Of a stretch of 34,669 bases of DNA, positions 33,440 to 34,669 are shown one piece after another. Every line of letters starts with the position of its first letter. Within the stretch, counting starts at the first letter, position 1. Source of the DNA: Proteromonas lacertae (taxonomy: Eukaryota); NCBI GenBank assembly GCA_002245135.1, contig NGBS01000594.1, positions 124,001-158,669 on the forward strand, in the 5' to 3' direction. A model generated the notes under the pieces. That model was not told the DNA's origin, made no database searches, and was given only the letters and a program-made list of their open reading frames with translations. A program made the translations under genes and the position numbers.

Positions 33440-34669
33440 ACGAATATGATGATATTGCAGCAGATGGTTATGAAGATGAAACAGATAGTTCTGACAATGA
33501 TGATAATACTAATGATGAAGATTATAATATTCTTAATAATATAACAAAGAATGACATTTCTAATAGAAATAATAATGTATATGATGAAGATAGTAATGAT
33601 GGAGATGAAATTGAATTAGAAATAATGACTGATGAAGAGGAAATAGCTGTAGATGAAAAATGGAAGAGATGGTAATGATGATGGATATGTTGGTTTTCGT
33701 GATGATGATGATGATAACGATGAAATATTAGATGATTCAGTATTATATGATGATAGAGATAGTGAATATGAAGGTAGAAATGGCGATAGTGATAAAGAAA
33801 AATTATCGGTATACTTATACTATTTCTTTCTGAAGAATTCTATATCTCAAGATAAAGTAAATAAGTTATTGAAACAATTAAACTCAATAGAAACAATAAA
33901 GAATTTACATTTAAAAGAAACATTCAAGCCTTTACGAGATTATGTTGAAAAGGTAGTAGGATTAAAAAAACCAGACAAAAATAATTATATTACAATTGAA
34001 AGTGGGATTAGAAAAAATGTTGAAGAAGAAAATAATTAAATTTGATGATTCAATTAATAATAATAAAAGCAAATATAAGAGCATTTATAGTAGTAACAAT
34101 TACAAAAACATTTTATAATTTAGATGTAAATAGAGAAAATTTCAGACATATTTTGTTACAGATCAGTAGTGATGGTGTTGAAATAAATCACTTTAGCTTT
34201 ATTAAAAAAAGTGTAAATGTTTTATCATACAAAAGTATTAAATAATTATAATGACAGTAAATTACTTCAAGTAATAAATAATAAGTGATAATGATGATAA
34301 TATAAATGATATTACAAAATTAGTAGTTGATGAATTAAACAATATATTTATTAAAGCGTATAGAGTTAGAAGGTGTCAAATATAATATATATTTGGTAAG
34401 TATAGTAGGTGATATGATTGGAATAATAAAACTAATGAAATTACATAATTTCGTAGGTAGTAATAGTTTCTGTAGAACTTGCACAGCAACTACCAAAATC
34501 ATTACTATTAATAAAATAATCAATAATGTTGTAGTTGAAGAAAAATTAAAAATAAAAGACTCAATGAGAGCTTATAAGAAGAAGTATCAGAATTTATATC
34601 CTCAATTTTATCAATATAAAGAAAAAAGACTATTCCATATATTTAATAACTATTCATATAGTAGATTTT
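33440..34669 (+). pseudogene. Second frameshifted CACTA/Tnp2-like transposase, running off the window end
   Basis: An acidic tract, then YLYYFFLKNSISQ..LLKQL..TFK..PDKNNY, LQISSDGVE..FSF, and LVSIVGDMIGIIKLMKLHNFVGSNSFCRTC. It is collinear with 1548..2338 and has several frameshifts. Confidence 0.7.

Noticed and set aside
1..34669. Alternative genetic code or bacterial/viral origin of the window
   Set aside because: In-frame stops in conserved genes are all explained by short GT-AG introns. Genes end in TAA or TGA under the standard code and are typical eukaryotic housekeeping genes.

Overview
AT-rich, gene-dense eukaryotic DNA with very short spliceosomal introns (mostly 26-50 nt, GTAT...TAG) and tiny intergenic spacers. 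Intron size and TGTTTGTT motifs downstream of genes suggest a Blastocystis/Opalinata-like stramenopile (inference). The core from about 7.3 to 29.1 kb holds housekeeping genes: a GT31 glycosyltransferase, a PAP2 phosphatase, Maf, a bacterial-type Asp/Glu racemase, AMMECR1, a SMIM15-like gene, a triple-SAM protein, a VAMP7-like SNARE, RPL18, IFT54/TRAF3IP1 with four CH domains, eIF2B-epsilon and XRN2. Decayed CACTA/EnSpm-like transposases lie near both ends. The most notable signal is two paralogous ~1050-1080 aa Crinkler/RHS-like genes, each with two P-loop NTPase domains. Each sits inside a block bracketed by an exact direct repeat (285 bp and 26 bp), which suggests they moved as intron-retaining DNA insertions. 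A TIR-bounded CACTA element is nested in the first block. A candidate AT-AG U12-type intron is also present. All gene models were spliced by hand and family calls are motif recognition without database searches.
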